DNA of 42,113 nt, from assembly GCA_964575535.1 (NCBI GenBank), contig CAZNRZ010000001.1:1-42113 (forward strand), given 5' to 3'. This DNA is from an uncultured Lysobacter sp. GTDB lineage: Bacteria; Pseudomonadota; Gammaproteobacteria; Xanthomonadales; Xanthomonadaceae. The stretch's first letter is position 1, and the number at the start of each line of letters is the position of its first letter. A model generated the notes under the pieces. The model saw only the letters and a list, made by a program, of their open reading frames with translations, ran no database searches and was not told the origin of the DNA. Positions 17,580 through 29,930 of this stretch are shown here, in pieces. The translations under genes and the position numbers were made by a program.

Positions 17580-17939
17580 TCAACCGGTGCCGAAGCGCTT
17601 CCTGAAGCCGTTGTCGGAAAAGCCCTGCGTGACCGTTCCGTCGTCGGTCACGACCAGCGGGCGGCGGATCAGCTGCGGATGCTCACGAAGCAGCAGCTTC
17701 CACTCCGGGTCCGAGGCCGCCGCCTTGCGCGCGGGCGGCAGCTCGCGCCACGTGGTCGACGATTTGTTGACCATCGCGTCCCAGCCGCCGAGCGCGTCCT
17801 TCCATTCGACCAGCGTTTCGGGCGTCGGGCGCTGGTCGCGATAGTCGACGAACTCGTGCGCGACGCCGAAGCGCGTGAGCCAGTTGCGCGCCTTGCGGCA
17901 GGTGTCGCAGTTCGCGAGGCCGAAGAGCGTGGTGGCCAT
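17580..17939 (-). CDS. ArsC/Spx/MgsR family protein (YffB-like)
   Basis: NCDTCRKA and PQLIRRP motifs; usual position next to dapE. Confidence 0.88.
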   Translation of the reverse strand: MATTLFGLANCDTCRKARNWLTRFGVAHEFVDYRDQRPTPETLVEWKDALGGWDAMVNKSSTTWRELPPARKAAASDPEWKLLLREHPQLIRRPLVVTDDGTVTQGFSDNGFRKRFGTG

Positions 17940-17940
17940 G

Positions 17941-18839
<899 letters not shown>

Positions 18840-18843
<4 letters not shown>

Positions 18844-21485
18844 GGGCAGTCTCCTTCGAGGCAGGCGAGCAGCGCATCGCGCAGCGCCTGCTGGTGGTGG
18901 TCGTCGAGTGGGCGATCGGCGCCGTCGGCGTCGATCCGGGTGATGCGGAATACGTCCTCGGCGCGTGCACCGAAGGTGGCCACGCGCGCGTCGTGCACGC
19001 GCAGGCCCTGCTCGCGCAGCACCAGCGCGACGTCGGCCAGCAGGCCCGGGCGGTCGGTGCAGACCAGGCTGAGCAGCGTGCGCGACGGCGCGGCCAGCAG
19101 GTCGAAGCCGATCTGCGGGACGATGCGGAAATGGCGCAGATGGCGCGGCTGCGTACGGCGCGCCGGGCGCAGCCCGTCGAGCGGACCGTCGAGCACCGCA
19201 CGCAGACGCGCGGCGACTTCGCCCGCATCCGGCGCGACGCGCGGATCGGCGGGCACCACTTCGAAACTGTCGAAGACGCGGTCCGCCGGGCCGTCGAGTA
19301 CGCGCGCCTGGGCGATGGCCAGTCCCGCGCGGTCGAGCGTGATGACGATCGCGGCGAACAGGCCGTCGCGATCGGGCGAATGCACGAAGACTTCGAGCGC
19401 GCGCGCATCGGCCAGCGTGCGCACCTGCACGCAGGTCTCGCCCGCGCCGAGTTCGTGCAGCGCCTGCGCCTGCCAGGCGATCTGGTCGGGGCGGCCGCGC
19501 TGGAAGCCGACATCGGGCATGCGGCGGAACAGCGCATCGGTGCGCGCCGCGTCGATTCCCGCTTCGGCGAGCAGCACTGCGGCCGCCTGACGCGTGGCCT
19601 CCGCGCGTTCGTGGGCGGCCAGCGGATTCTCCAGGCCGCGGCGCAGCGCGAGGCGCGTCGCGGTGTAGAGGTCGGCCAGCAGCCGGTCCTTCCACGCGTT
19701 CCAGAGCTTGGGCGACGTGCCGGCGATGTCGGCGCAGGTCAGCAGGTACAGCAGTTCCAGCCGCTCGCGGTCGGCGACCTGTGCGGCGAAGCGGTGGATC
19801 ACGTCCGGGTCGGAGATGTCCTGCTTCTGCGCGGTCACCGACATCAGCAGATGCCGGGCGACCAGCCATTCGACGATGGCCACGTCGCCCGCGGACAACC
19901 CCATCGCCTCGCAGAACCCGCGCGCATCGACGGCGCCGAGTTCGGAATGATCGCCGCCGCGGCCCTTGGCGATGTCGTGGAACAGCGCCGCGAGCAGCAG
20001 CAGGTCCGGGCGTCGCAGCCGCGCGTACACGTCGTGCGCGAGCGAGAAGCGCTCGTCTCCGCCGCGCGCGAAAGCCTCGATGTTCGCCAGCACCGCAAGC
20101 GTGTGCTGGTCGACGGTGTAGACGTGGAAGAGATCGAACTGCATGCGCCCGGATACGCGGGCGAACGCGGGGATCCAGCAGCCGAGCACGCCCAGCCGCG
20201 CCATGCGCGAGAGCGAGCGCACCGGCTTCGGTCCGCGCAGCAGCGACATGAACGCATCGCGTTCGCGCGGACTCGCATCGGTGAACGCGGGAACCGAGGG
20301 CAGCGCTTCGGCCAGCGCGCGCGCCGTGTGCGAATGCAGCCCGCGCACGCCGCCGTCCACGCCGTCGCCGGTGCCGCACGCCCACGCGGCGAACAGGGCG
20401 AAGATGTCGGCCGCGTCACGCGGCCATGCGGTGGCATGCGGCGACACGGCGACATAGCCGCGGCGCAATTCGAAATCGCCTGCCAGCGGCTGCGGCGCCG
20501 CCTCGCCTTCCAGCTGCTCCTCGAAGCGCTGCAGCAACCGCTCGCCGATGCGCTGCACGAGGCCGGCGCTGCGATAGAACGCCTGCATCATCTGCTCGAC
20601 CGCCAGCGCGCCCGCGGCGTCGACATAGCCCATGCGCGCGGCCAGCGTCTTCTGGTGATCGAAACGCAGGCGCTCCTCGCGCTTGCCGACGACCAGGTGC
20701 AGGCCGAAGCGAAGACGCGCGAGCACCTCGTGCTGCCGCTCGAGCGTGGCGTGCTCGTCCGCGCCGAACTGTCCGAGCGCGATCAGCGATTCGAAATCGC
20801 CGGTGCGCAACACGCGCAGCGCCATCCAGCGCAGCGTCTGCAAGTCGCGCAGGCCGCCCGGTCCCTCCTTGAGATTGGGCTCGAGGTTGTCGGCGGTGTC
20901 GCCGAAACGCGCATGGCGCGTGCGCAGCTCCTCGCGCTTGGCGAGGAAGAAATCGTGTGCGGACCATACGCGCGCTGGATCGATCGCCTCCGCGAGGCGT
21001 CGTGCGGAGCCACCATCGCCCACGAGCAGGCGGGCTTCGAGGATGGAAGTGAGCACGGTGATGTCGGCCGCCGCGGCTTCGCATTGCGATGGCGACCGCG
21101 TCGCATGGCCCACCGGCAGGCCGGCATCCCAGAGCAGTGCGAACAGCCGGGCCAGCCGTTCGGCGATGACGGGCTGCACGGACTCATCCGCCAGCACGAG
21201 CAGGTCGACGTCGGACTGCGGATACAGCTCGCCACGCCCGTAGCCGCCGATCGCGAACAGCGCGGCGTCCGCAGCGCCGTGCATGCAGCGCTCCCAGCAC
21301 TCGCGCACCAGCGCGTCGACGCCGGCGGCACGCTGCTTCACCAGCGCGCGCACGTCGGCATCGCGGCCATTGGCGTCGTAGGCGGCGGCGAGCCCGGCAT
21401 CGAGCGCCGCGAGCCGTGCCCGCGCGTCAGTGACCCAGCCGGCGTCGTCGGGCGGGGCGCCCTCCGCGGCCGCGCTGTCGCTCAT
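18840..21485 (-). CDS. glnD: [Protein-PII] uridylyltransferase / uridylyl-removing enzyme
   Basis: [39 protein letters not shown] and two ACT domains. Start overlaps the map stop. Confidence 0.95.
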
Positions 21486-22258
21486 AGGTCGTTGTCGTCG
21501 CCCGGCAGGCGCGTGAGGATCTCGACGCCGTCGTCCGTCACCGCGACGGTGTGCTCCCACTGCGCGGAGAGCTTGCGGTCCTTGGTCACCACCGTCCAGC
21601 CGTCGGGCAGCACCTTCGTATGGCGCGTGCCTTCGTTGATCATCGGCTCGATGGTGAAGGTCATGCCCGGCTTGAGCACGAGCCCGTCGCCCGCACTGCC
21701 GTAGTGCAGCACCTGCGGATCCTCGTGGTAGATCCGGCCGATGCCGTGGCCGCAGTACTCGCGCACCACGGAGAAGCGCTCGGCCTCGGCGTACTGCTGG
21801 ATGGCGTGGCCGATGTCGCCCAGCGTCGCGCCGGGCTTCACGGCCCGGATGCCGCGGAACATGGCCTCGCGCGTCACCTCGACCAGCCGCCTGGCCATCA
21901 CCGACGGCGTGCCGACGAAATACATGCGGCTGGTGTCGCCATGCCAGCCGTCCTTGATGACGGTGACGTCGATGTTGACGATGTCGCCGTCCTTGAGGAC
22001 CTTGCCGGCGCTCGGAATGCCGTGGCAGATCACGTTGTTGACGGACGTGCAGACCGTCTTCGGGAATCCCTTGTAGCCGACGTTGGCGGGGATCGCGCCC
22101 TGCACCTTGACGATGTGGTCGTGGCAGATGCGGTCCAGCTCGTCGGTGGTCACGCCCGGCTTCACGTGCGGCGCGACGATCTGCAGCACCTCGGCGGCCA
22201 GCCGGCCGGCGACGCGCATCTTCTCGATGTCTTCGGGGGTCTTGAGGGAAATCGGCAT
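21482..22258 (-). CDS. map: Methionine aminopeptidase type I
   Basis: CTSVNNVICHGIP, GWHGDTS, YCGHGIG, FTIEPM and AQWEHT motifs. Confidence 0.97.
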   Translation of the reverse strand: MPISLKTPEDIEKMRVAGRLAAEVLQIVAPHVKPGVTTDELDRICHDHIVKVQGAIPANVGYKGFPKTVCTSVNNVICHGIPSAGKVLKDGDIVNIDVTVIKDGWHGDTSRMYFVGTPSVMARRLVEVTREAMFRGIRAVKPGATLGDIGHAIQQYAEAERFSVVREYCGHGIGRIYHEDPQVLHYGSAGDGLVLKPGMTFTIEPMINEGTRHTKVLPDGWTVVTKDRKLSAQWEHTVAVTDDGVEILTRLPGDDNDL

Positions 22259-22403
22259 CCGGACATTATGCCGCGCCAGACGCATACGCACGTGCGCCGT
22301 CACTGGCCGCGCCGCCGCGCGTTGCGTCACCCGCTTGCTTACGTACCGGCACGTAGCGACGTGCGACCCATACCAGGATCCCGTGGCCCCGGCTGCCCGC
22401 CGG

Positions 22404-22432
22404 TTGCCCGAAGTGCCTGATCCGCTTACACT
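22404..22432 (+). promoter_or_regulatory. sigma70 promoter of rpsB-tsf, TTGCCC-N17-TACACT
   Basis: Near-consensus hexamers with 17-bp spacing upstream of the rpsB leader. Confidence 0.7.
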
Positions 22433-22505
22433 TCCGCGGCTCCGTGGCCTGCCGCGGGCCGCCCACGCCGGGCGCAGGGCGTCGCAGACCGCGATTCCCG
22501 GGCGA

Positions 22506-22585
22506 ATACACACCTGCTGCCACCGCCCGTGCCGGGGTGCCTCGCGAGAGGTTCGGCCACGGAAGCCGCAGGGAGGCCCAACCCC
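22506..22585 (+). ncRNA. rpsB 5' leader (t44/tff-like, S2 autoregulatory element)
   Basis: ACACAC...CCGGGGTGCC...TCGG...GGAGGC..AACCCC pattern typical of gammaproteobacterial rpsB leaders. Confidence 0.75.
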
Positions 22586-22656
22586 GGAACCCATGCCCGC
22601 ACCGCGGGCGGCCGCTCATTGTCGTCGGCCGGGTTCCACTGCCTGGAGTTATCGCA

Positions 22657-23499
22657 ATGCCCCAGATCACCATGCGCCAGATGCTGGAAGCCGGCGTCCA
22701 TTTCGGCCACCAGACCCGCTACTGGAACCCGAAGATGGGCCCGTACATCTTCGGCGCCCGCGGCAAGATCCACATCATCAACCTCGAGAAGACGGTTCCG
22801 CTGTTCAACGACGCGATGAACTTCCTCTCGGGCGTGGCCCAGCGCCGCGGCATGATCCTGTTCCTCGGCACCAAGCGCTCCGCGCGCGACGCCATCAAGG
22901 AAGAGGCCGAGCGCTGCGGCATGCCGTTCATGAACCAGCGTTGGCTGGGCGGCACGCTGACCAACTTCCGCACCGTCAAGCAGTCGGTGTCGCGCCTCAA
23001 GGAGCTGGAAGCCGCCGAGACCGACGGAACCTTCCAGAAGCTCGTCAAGCACGAAGTGCTGGGCCTGCGCCGCGAGCGCGACAAGCTCGAGGCCTCGCTG
23101 GGCGGCATCAAGGAGATGAATCGTCTCCCCGACGCGCTGTTCGTGATCGACGTCGGCCATGAGGACATCGCGATCAAGGAAGCCAAGAAGCTCGGCATCC
23201 CGGTCGTCGCCGTCGTCGACACCAACTACGATCCGGAGCTGGTCGACTACGCGATCCCGGGCAACGACGACGCCATCCGCGCCGTGCAGCTCTACGCCCG
23301 CGCCGCCGCCGACGCGGTGCTCGAGGGCAAGGCCGCGATGCCGCAGGCCGCGTCCGTGCGCGAGGAAGACTTCGCCGAAGGCGGCGAAGGCGCCGAGGAG
23401 CGCAAGGGCCCGCGTCGCGCGCCCGCCAAGAAGGGCGCCCCGCGCAAGTCCGAAGCCCAGGCGGAAGCGCCGGCTGCGGATGCACCGGCTGCCGAGTAA
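22657..23499 (+). CDS. rpsB: 30S ribosomal protein S2
   Basis: [28 protein letters not shown] and PGNDDAIR motifs. Confidence 0.98.
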   Translation: MPQITMRQMLEAGVHFGHQTRYWNPKMGPYIFGARGKIHIINLEKTVPLFNDAMNFLSGVAQRRGMILFLGTKRSARDAIKEEAERCGMPFMNQRWLGGTLTNFRTVKQSVSRLKELEAAETDGTFQKLVKHEVLGLRRERDKLEASLGGIKEMNRLPDALFVIDVGHEDIAIKEAKKLGIPVVAVVDTNYDPELVDYAIPGNDDAIRAVQLYARAAADAVLEGKAAMPQAASVREEDFAEGGEGAEERKGPRRAPAKKGAPRKSEAQAEAPAADAPAAE

Positions 23500-23631
23500 G
23501 AACCCTGCGCCAGCGGCCACGTCCACCGTGGCCGCTTCGCCTTCCGCAACACCGCGACTGCAGCCCCGGCCGGCAGCGCGACGTCCCGCCTGACGCGGGA
23601 CACCCTCCCCATACGAATCGAGGCTATGCCC

Positions 23632-24501
23632 ATGGCAGAGATCACTGCTTCCCAGGTGAAGGAACTGCGCGAGCGCACCGGCGCCGGCATGATGGAGTGC
23701 AAGAAGGCACTCACCGAGAACAACGGCGACATCGAGGCGGCGGCCGACTGGCTGCGCAAGACCGGCCTCGCCAAGGCCGACAAGAAAGCCTCGCGCGTCG
23801 CCGCCGAGGGCCGCATCGTCGCCGCGCAGGGTGGCAACACCGCACTGCTGGTCGAGATCAACTCCGAGACCGACTTCGTCGCCAAGGACGCGAATTTCCT
23901 CGCGTTCGTGGAATCCGTCGGCCAAGCCGCGCTCGCCGCCAACGACGTCGAAGCGCTGAAGGCCGCGAAGCTGCCGTCGGGCGAGACCGTCGAGGAAGCG
24001 CGTGCCGCCGTCATCGCCAAGGTCGGCGAGAACGTGCAGGTGCGTCGCATGGCGCGCATCGACAGCGACAACACCCTCGCCGCCTACGTGCATGGCGGCC
24101 GCATCGGCGTGATCGTCGAGCTCAAGGGCGGCAACGTCGAGCTCGCGCGTGGCCTGGCCATGCACATCGCCGCGATGAATCCTCCGTACATCTCGCCGGC
24201 GCACGTCCCGGCCGACTTCGTCGCGAAGGAGAAGGAAATCGCGCTGGCGCAGGTGAAGGACACCGGCAAGCCGCAGGAGATCCTCGAGAAGATGATCGCC
24301 GGCAAGATCGCCAAGACCGTCAACGAGATCTGCCTGACCGGCCAGTCCTACGTTCTGGACACCAACCAGACCGTCGAGCAGGCGCTGAAGGCGGCTGGCG
24401 CGGAAGTGGTCAACTTCGTCCGCCTCGCCGTCGGCGAAGGCATCGAGAAGCAGACCGACGACTTCGCGGCAGAGGTGATGAAGCAGGCCGGTCTCGCGTA
24501 A
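23632..24501 (+). CDS. tsf: Elongation factor Ts
   Basis: [19 protein letters not shown] and NSETDFV motifs. Confidence 0.98.
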   Translation: MAEITASQVKELRERTGAGMMECKKALTENNGDIEAAADWLRKTGLAKADKKASRVAAEGRIVAAQGGNTALLVEINSETDFVAKDANFLAFVESVGQAALAANDVEALKAAKLPSGETVEEARAAVIAKVGENVQVRRMARIDSDNTLAAYVHGGRIGVIVELKGGNVELARGLAMHIAAMNPPYISPAHVPADFVAKEKEIALAQVKDTGKPQEILEKMIAGKIAKTVNEICLTGQSYVLDTNQTVEQALKAAGAEVVNFVRLAVGEGIEKQTDDFAAEVMKQAGLA

Positions 24502-24524
24502 GCGACCGCATCGGGCGACATTCG

Positions 24525-24556
24525 GAAAGGCCGCGCCCAGCGCGGCCTTTCTTTTT
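24525..24556 (+). terminator. Rho-independent terminator of rpsB-tsf
   Basis: GAAAGGCCGCG-cccag-CGCGGCCTTTC followed by T5. Confidence 0.88.
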
Positions 24557-24654
24557 GCGGCGACTGGCCGCATCGACGCATTTCTTCGCACAGGCACCGC
24601 CGGCCGTTGGCGCGTCGCCTACAATTCCCGCGCCCCCGAACGCCTGGAGTCCCC

Positions 24655-25380
24655 ATGTCCGACCTCGCCTACCGCCGCATCCTGCTGAAACTCTCGGGCG
24701 AGGCGCTGATGGGCGACGAGGACTACGGCATCGACCCGAAGATCATCTATCGCCTGGCGCGCGAGGTGATCGAGGCGCAGCAGTCGGGCGCGGAGGTCGC
24801 GCTGGTGATCGGCGGCGGCAACATCTTCCGCGGCGCAGGCCTGGCGGCCACCGGCATGGACCGCGTCACCGGCGACCACATGGGCATGCTGGCCACGATC
24901 ATCAACGCGCTGGCCATGCAGGATGCGCTGGAGAAGCTCGGCGCGCGCTGCCGGGTGATGAGCGCGATCAAGATCAACCAGATCTGCGAGGACTACATCC
25001 GCCGCCGCGCGGTGCGCCACCTCGAGAAGGGGCGCGTGGTGATCTTCGCGGCCGGTACGGGCAATCCCTTCTTCACCACCGACTCGGGCGCCGCGCTGCG
25101 CGCGATCGAGATCAATGCCGACCTGCTGCTCAAGGCCACCAAGGTCGACGGCGTCTACGACAAGGACCCGAAGAAGCACAGCGACGCCGTGCGCTTCGAC
25201 AGCCTCAGCTACGACGACGTGCTCTCGCGCGATCTGCAGGTGATGGACACCGCCGCGTTCGCGCTCTGCCGCGATGCCGGCCTGCCGCTGCGCATCTTCG
25301 ACATGGACCAGCCGGGCCAGCTGCTGAAAATCCTGCACGGCGCGCAGATCGGCACGCTGGTGCGCCCGCCGCAGGGCTGA
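24655..25380 (+). CDS. pyrH: UMP kinase
   Basis: [17 protein letters not shown] and GNPFFTTDS motifs. GGAG RBS; -10-like TACAAT at 24620-24625. Confidence 0.98.
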   Translation: MSDLAYRRILLKLSGEALMGDEDYGIDPKIIYRLAREVIEAQQSGAEVALVIGGGNIFRGAGLAATGMDRVTGDHMGMLATIINALAMQDALEKLGARCRVMSAIKINQICEDYIRRRAVRHLEKGRVVIFAAGTGNPFFTTDSGAALRAIEINADLLLKATKVDGVYDKDPKKHSDAVRFDSLSYDDVLSRDLQVMDTAAFALCRDAGLPLRIFDMDQPGQLLKILHGAQIGTLVRPPQG

Positions 25381-25387
25381 GTCCGTC

Positions 25388-26341
25388 GTGGGCCTGGGCC
25401 ATCACCACGGTCACGAGCACGGCCCCGGCCCGGGCCACGGCGCGCACGCGCATTCGCACGCGCCCGGCACGTCCACGCGCGTGTTCGCCATCGCCACGCT
25501 GGTCAACCTGGCGTACACCGCGCTGGAAGCCGGCTACGGCTTCCTGACCAACTCGCTGGCGCTGCTGTCGGATGCGCTGCACAACCTCGGCGACGTGCTC
25601 GGACTCGCGCTGGCCTGGGGCGCGGCCAGCCTGGCGCGACGCGCACCGACGCCCCGCCACACCTTCGGCTGGCGACGCGCGACGCTGCTGTCGCCGCTGG
25701 CGAACGCCGTGCTGCTGGTCGGTTTTTCCGGCGCGCTCACCTGGGAAGCAGTCGGCCGCTTTGCCGCGCCGCCGGAGATCCCCGCGCTGCCCGTGATCGT
25801 GGTGGCGGCGATCGGCATCGCGGTCAACCTGGGCGCCGCCTGGCTCATGCATGCCGGCCAGGAGCACGACCTCAACCGCCGCGCCGCGTTCCTGCACCTT
25901 CTCGCCGATGCCGGCGTCTCGCTGGCCGCCGTCCTCGCCGGCATCGGCATGGCCACCCTGGGCTGGGCATGGCTCGATCCGGCCACCGCGGCACTGGTGA
26001 GCCTCGTCGTCATCGCCAGCGCGTTCGGCCTGCTGCGCGAGAGTTTCAACGCCGCCATGGACGCGGTACCGCGCGGCATCGACCCGGCGAGCGTCCAGTC
26101 CTTCCTGGCGGGCGAGCCGGGCGTCGTGGCGGTGCACCACCTGCACATCTGGCGCATCGGCGCAGGCGAGGTCGCGATGACCGCGCACCTCGTGCGGCCC
26201 GACGCCGCGCACCACGACGTATTCATCGACCGCGTCACGCGCGAGCTCGAACGGCGCTTCGGCATCAACCACCCCACACTGCAGATCGAGCATGGCGGCG
26301 CCTGCGAGCACGACCGCCACGACCACGCGCCCCATCACTGA
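25388..26341 (+). CDS. Cation diffusion facilitator (CzcD/ZitB-like), His-rich termini
   Basis: SLALLSDALHNLGD, NRRAAFLHLLAD, HHLHIW and HPTLQIE motifs; GTG start. Confidence 0.92.
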   Translation: MGLGHHHGHEHGPGPGHGAHAHSHAPGTSTRVFAIATLVNLAYTALEAGYGFLTNSLALLSDALHNLGDVLGLALAWGAASLARRAPTPRHTFGWRRATLLSPLANAVLLVGFSGALTWEAVGRFAAPPEIPALPVIVVAAIGIAVNLGAAWLMHAGQEHDLNRRAAFLHLLADAGVSLAAVLAGIGMATLGWAWLDPATAALVSLVVIASAFGLLRESFNAAMDAVPRGIDPASVQSFLAGEPGVVAVHHLHIWRIGAGEVAMTAHLVRPDAAHHDVFIDRVTRELERRFGINHPTLQIEHGGACEHDRHDHAPHH

Positions 26342-26370
26342 GCCTGCGCATCCGGGCCACGGCCGCCCGC

Positions 26371-26376
26371 TATAAT
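26371..26376 (+). promoter_or_regulatory. Consensus -10 (TATAAT) upstream of frr
   Basis: Exact TATAAT in GC-rich DNA, ending 33 nt before the frr ATG. Confidence 0.6.
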
Positions 26377-26409
26377 CCGGCGCTTCCGTAAACACGACCG
26401 GAGCCGGCG

Positions 26410-26967
26410 ATGCTCAACGACATCAAGAACGACACGAAGGCGCGCATGGCCAAGAGCGTCGACGCGTTCCGCCAGGACCTCGTCAAGGTGCGCACCGGCC
26501 GCGCGACGACCTCGCTGGTCGACCATATCAAGGTCAACTACTACGGCTCCGAGGTGCCGCTCTCGCAGGTGGCCAGCGTTGCCGTCAGCGATGCGCGTTC
26601 GCTCACGATCACGCCGTGGGAGAAGCCGATCGTGAGCGCGGTCGAGAAGGCGATCCTCGCGTCCGACCTCGGCCTCACGCCCAACACCGCCGGCATGGCG
26701 ATCCGCCTCAACCTGCCCCCGCTCACCGAGGAACGCCGACGCGATCTCGCGAAGGTGGTGCATTCGGGCGGCGAGGACGCGAAGGTCGCCGTGCGCAACA
26801 TCCGCCGCGACGCCAACCACCAGGTGAAGGAACTCCTCAAGGAGAAGAAGATCACCGAGGACGAGGCGACGCGCGCCGAAGCCGACATCCAGAAGCTCAC
26901 CGACGAGGCGATCAGGAACGTCGACGACGTGGTGAAGGCGAAGGAACAGGAATTGATGGCGGTCTGA
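26410..26967 (+). CDS. frr: Ribosome recycling factor
   Basis: VRTGRA, PPLTEERR and VAVRNIRRDAN motifs. Confidence 0.98.
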   Translation: MLNDIKNDTKARMAKSVDAFRQDLVKVRTGRATTSLVDHIKVNYYGSEVPLSQVASVAVSDARSLTITPWEKPIVSAVEKAILASDLGLTPNTAGMAIRLNLPPLTEERRRDLAKVVHSGGEDAKVAVRNIRRDANHQVKELLKEKKITEDEATRAEADIQKLTDEAIRNVDDVVKAKEQELMAV

Positions 26968-26971
26968 GGCC

Positions 26972-27070
26972 GTGATTTGTGGTTCGTGATTGGTGATTCG
27001 CCAAAGCGACTTCGCCGCTGCCCGGAAGACGATGCTTTGACCCATCACGAATCGCGAATCAAGAATCCCG
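26972..27070. repeat. Inverted heptamer-array hairpin at the frr/uppS junction
   Basis: Left arm GTGATTT GTGGTTC GTGATTG GTGATTC; right arm CCATCAC GAATCGC GAATCAA GAATCCC; inner CAAAGC/GCTTTG pair. Confidence 0.8.
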
Positions 27071-27798
27071 TCCCGCGCCACCTCGCCGTCATCATGGACG
27101 GCAACGGCCGCTGGGCGCAGAAGCGCCGGCGGCCGCGGCTGATCGGCCATCGCGCCGGTGCCCGCGCCGTCAATATCTGCATCGATTTCTGCCTCGAGCG
27201 TGGTGTCGAGGCGCTGACGCTGTTCGCCTTCTCGAGCGAGAACTGGGACCGGCCGGCCGACGAGGTCGGCGGGCTGATGAAGCTCTTCACCGGCGCGCTG
27301 GAGCGTGAGGTCGACGAACTCGAGCGCCGCGGCGTGCGCCTGCGTTTCATCGGCGACCGCAGCCGCTTTTCCGACGCCATCCGCACGCGCATGGCGCAGG
27401 CCGAGGCCCGCACCGAGGCCGGGTCGCGCCTGCATCTGGTCGTCGCGGTGAGCTACGGCGGCCGCTGGGACATCGCGCAGGCCGCCCGCTCGCTGGCCGA
27501 GGACGTCGCCGCCGGCCGCCTCGATCCATCCGCGATCGACGAAGCCGCCGTCGGCGCGCGCATGGCGCTGGCCGACCTGCCTCCGCCCGACCTGTTCATC
27601 CGCACCGGCGGCGATCTGCGCATCAGCAATTTCCTGCTCTGGCAGCTGGCCTACACCGAGCTCTGGTTCACCGATCGGTTGTGGCCCGAGCTGGATGCGG
27701 CGACACTCCAGACCGCGCTGGACGACTACGCGCGCCGCGAGCGCCGCTTCGGCCTGACCGCGGCCCAGGTCGCCGGCCCCCACGAGACGTCCGAATGA
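26986..27798 (+). CDS. uppS: Undecaprenyl diphosphate synthase (start uncertain: TTG 26977, GTG 26986 or TTG 27037)
   Basis: [23 protein letters not shown] and [16 protein letters not shown] motifs. No in-frame ATG upstream of the conserved PRH motif. Confidence 0.93.
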   Translation: MIGDSPKRLRRCPEDDALTHHESRIKNPVPRHLAVIMDGNGRWAQKRRRPRLIGHRAGARAVNICIDFCLERGVEALTLFAFSSENWDRPADEVGGLMKLFTGALEREVDELERRGVRLRFIGDRSRFSDAIRTRMAQAEARTEAGSRLHLVVAVSYGGRWDIAQAARSLAEDVAAGRLDPSAIDEAAVGARMALADLPPPDLFIRTGGDLRISNFLLWQLAYTELWFTDRLWPELDAATLQTALDDYARRERRFGLTAAQVAGPHETSE

Positions 27799-28631
27799 CC
27801 CGAACCCGTATCGCCGCCGCCCTGGTGATGGCACCCGCCGCGATCGCGGCGATCCTCCTGCTGCCGACGCCGTGGATGATGATCGTCGCCGCGGTCGTAT
27901 TCCTGGCGGGACTGTGGGAATGGTTCGACCTCGCCGAGGTCGACGACACCCTGGCGCGCGGCGTGCTGCTGCTGGCCAACCTCGCGCTGATGGTGGCGAT
28001 CGTCTGGGCCTCGCGCTCGGCCGACGGCGGCACGCTGGTGCTGTACCAGGTGATGTCGATGATCGGCATCGTCTGGTGGCTGCTCGCCCTGCTCTGGCTG
28101 GGCCGCTTCGACTTCGGCAGCAACCACCAGACCTGGGCGCGCGCGCTCAAGCTCGCCGCGGGCACGCTGGCGGTGATCCCCGCCTGGTGCGCGCTGACCT
28201 GGCTGCACGCCGACGGCCCCAACGGCCATCGCTGGCTGCTGGCGGCGCTCGCCGCCGTCTGGGCCGCGGACACCGGCGCCTACTTCGCGGGCCGCTACCT
28301 CGGGCGCCACAAGCTCGCGCCGCGGGTGAGCCCGAACAAGACCATCGAGGGCCTCGCAGGCGGCGTGGTCGCCGGCACGCTGGTGTCGATGGCGTTCGCG
28401 ACCTATGCCGGCGCGCGTGGCGAAGAACTCTGGCGGGTCGCCCTCGTCGCGGCGGTCGCCATCCTGTTCTCGGTGGTCGGCGATCTCTACGAAAGCCTGC
28501 TCAAGCGCCAGGCCGGCAAGAAGGACTCGGGCACGCTGATCCCGGGCCACGGCGGCGTGCTCGACCGCATCGACGCCGTCCTCGCCGCGCTCCCGGTGTT
28601 CGCGCTCGGCAAGGCGCTGCTGGAGCTGTGA
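27795..28631 (+). CDS. cdsA: Phosphatidate cytidylyltransferase
   Basis: [16 protein letters not shown] and [18 protein letters not shown] motifs; ATGA overlap with uppS. Confidence 0.96.
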   Translation: MTRTRIAAALVMAPAAIAAILLLPTPWMMIVAAVVFLAGLWEWFDLAEVDDTLARGVLLLANLALMVAIVWASRSADGGTLVLYQVMSMIGIVWWLLALLWLGRFDFGSNHQTWARALKLAAGTLAVIPAWCALTWLHADGPNGHRWLLAALAAVWAADTGAYFAGRYLGRHKLAPRVSPNKTIEGLAGGVVAGTLVSMAFATYAGARGEELWRVALVAAVAILFSVVGDLYESLLKRQAGKKDSGTLIPGHGGVLDRIDAVLAALPVFALGKALLEL

Positions 28632-29815
28632 TGCGCCGGATCGCCGTACTTGGAGCGACGGGCTCCATCGGCGCCTCCGCGCTGGACGTGATCGCGCGGC
28701 ATCCCGATCGCCTGCGCGCCACCGTGCTCGCGGCCGGCCGCAACGTCGAGGCGCTGGCCGACCTGTGCGCCCTGCACCGTCCCGACCATGCGGCGATCGC
28801 CGACGAAGCGCGCCTGCACGAGCTGCGCGACGCATTGCACGCGCGCGGACTGTCGACGCAGGCGCACGCGGGCATGGGCGCCATCGAGGCGCTGGCCGCG
28901 GGCGACGCCTGCGACACGGTGGTCGCGGCCATCGTCGGCGCTGCCGGCCTGTCCTCCACGCTCGCCGCCGTGCGCGCGGGCAAGCGCATCGCGCTGGCCA
29001 ACAAGGAATCGCTGGTCATGGCCGGTGCGCTGGTCATGCGCGCGGCACGCGAATCCGGTGCGTGCATCGTGCCGGTCGACAGCGAGCACAACGCGATCTT
29101 CCAGTGCCTGCCTGCGCACGGCGATCGCGGCGCACGCGACCTGCGCGGCCTGCGGCGCATCGTGCTCACCGCCTCGGGCGGCCCGTTCCGCGGGCGTGGC
29201 CGCGAGTCACTGCGCGCGGTGACGCCCGAGCAGGCCATCGCGCATCCGCGCTGGTCGATGGGCCCGAAGATTTCGGTCGACTCGGCCAGCCTGATGAACA
29301 AGGGCCTCGAAGTCATCGAGGCGCACCACCTGTTCGGCGTCGGGCCCGACCGCATCGACGTGCTGGTGCATCCGCAGAGCCTCGTGCATTCGCTGGTCGA
29401 GTTCGTCGACGGCTCCACGCTCGCGCAGCTCGGCCTGCCGGACATGCGCACCGCGCTCGCCGTCGGGCTGGGCTGGCCGGAGCGGATCGAATCGGGCGTC
29501 GGCGGGCTGGATCTGGTCGCGCAGGGCGGTCGCCTGGACTTCGAGCCGCCGGACCTCGACGCCTTCCCCTGCCTGCGCCTGGCCTTCGACGCGCTGCGCG
29601 CCGGCGGCACGGGACCCGCGGTGCTGAACGCAGCGAACGAGGTCGCGGTCGACGCCTTCCTCGCGCGCCGCATCGGCTTCCTCGACATCCCGGCGCTCGT
29701 GGAGTCGGCGCTGGCCGCACGCGCCGAGTCGGCGGCGGACGACCTCGACGCGCTGCACCGCGCCGACGCGCAGGCGCGCGCGTTCGTCAGCGCGGCCATC
29801 GAGCGCGCTGCATGA
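28631..29815 (+). CDS. dxr: 1-deoxy-D-xylulose-5-phosphate reductoisomerase
   Basis: [20 protein letters not shown] and [12 protein letters not shown] motifs; TGATG overlap with cdsA. Confidence 0.97.
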   Translation: MRRIAVLGATGSIGASALDVIARHPDRLRATVLAAGRNVEALADLCALHRPDHAAIADEARLHELRDALHARGLSTQAHAGMGAIEALAAGDACDTVVAAIVGAAGLSSTLAAVRAGKRIALANKESLVMAGALVMRAARESGACIVPVDSEHNAIFQCLPAHGDRGARDLRGLRRIVLTASGGPFRGRGRESLRAVTPEQAIAHPRWSMGPKISVDSASLMNKGLEVIEAHHLFGVGPDRIDVLVHPQSLVHSLVEFVDGSTLAQLGLPDMRTALAVGLGWPERIESGVGGLDLVAQGGRLDFEPPDLDAFPCLRLAFDALRAGGTGPAVLNAANEVAVDAFLARRIGFLDIPALVESALAARAESAADDLDALHRADAQARAFVSAAIERAA

Positions 29816-29866
29816 GCCGTCGCCACGCCCAGCTTCGCCGCCGCGGCGGCGCCGCGCGCATGCGCG

Positions 29867-29894
29867 GGAACCTCCCGGGCTCCGTGCGGTCCAG
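29867..29894 (+). promoter_or_regulatory. Putative sigmaE (RpoE) promoter GGAACCT-N16-TCCAG upstream of rseP
   Basis: Matches the GGAACTT-N16-TCAAA type consensus; rseP-bamA is sigmaE-regulated in E. coli. Confidence 0.5.
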
Positions 29895-29930
29895 TCCATG
29901 CGCCGGAATCGCCGGCGATCGGAGCGCCGG

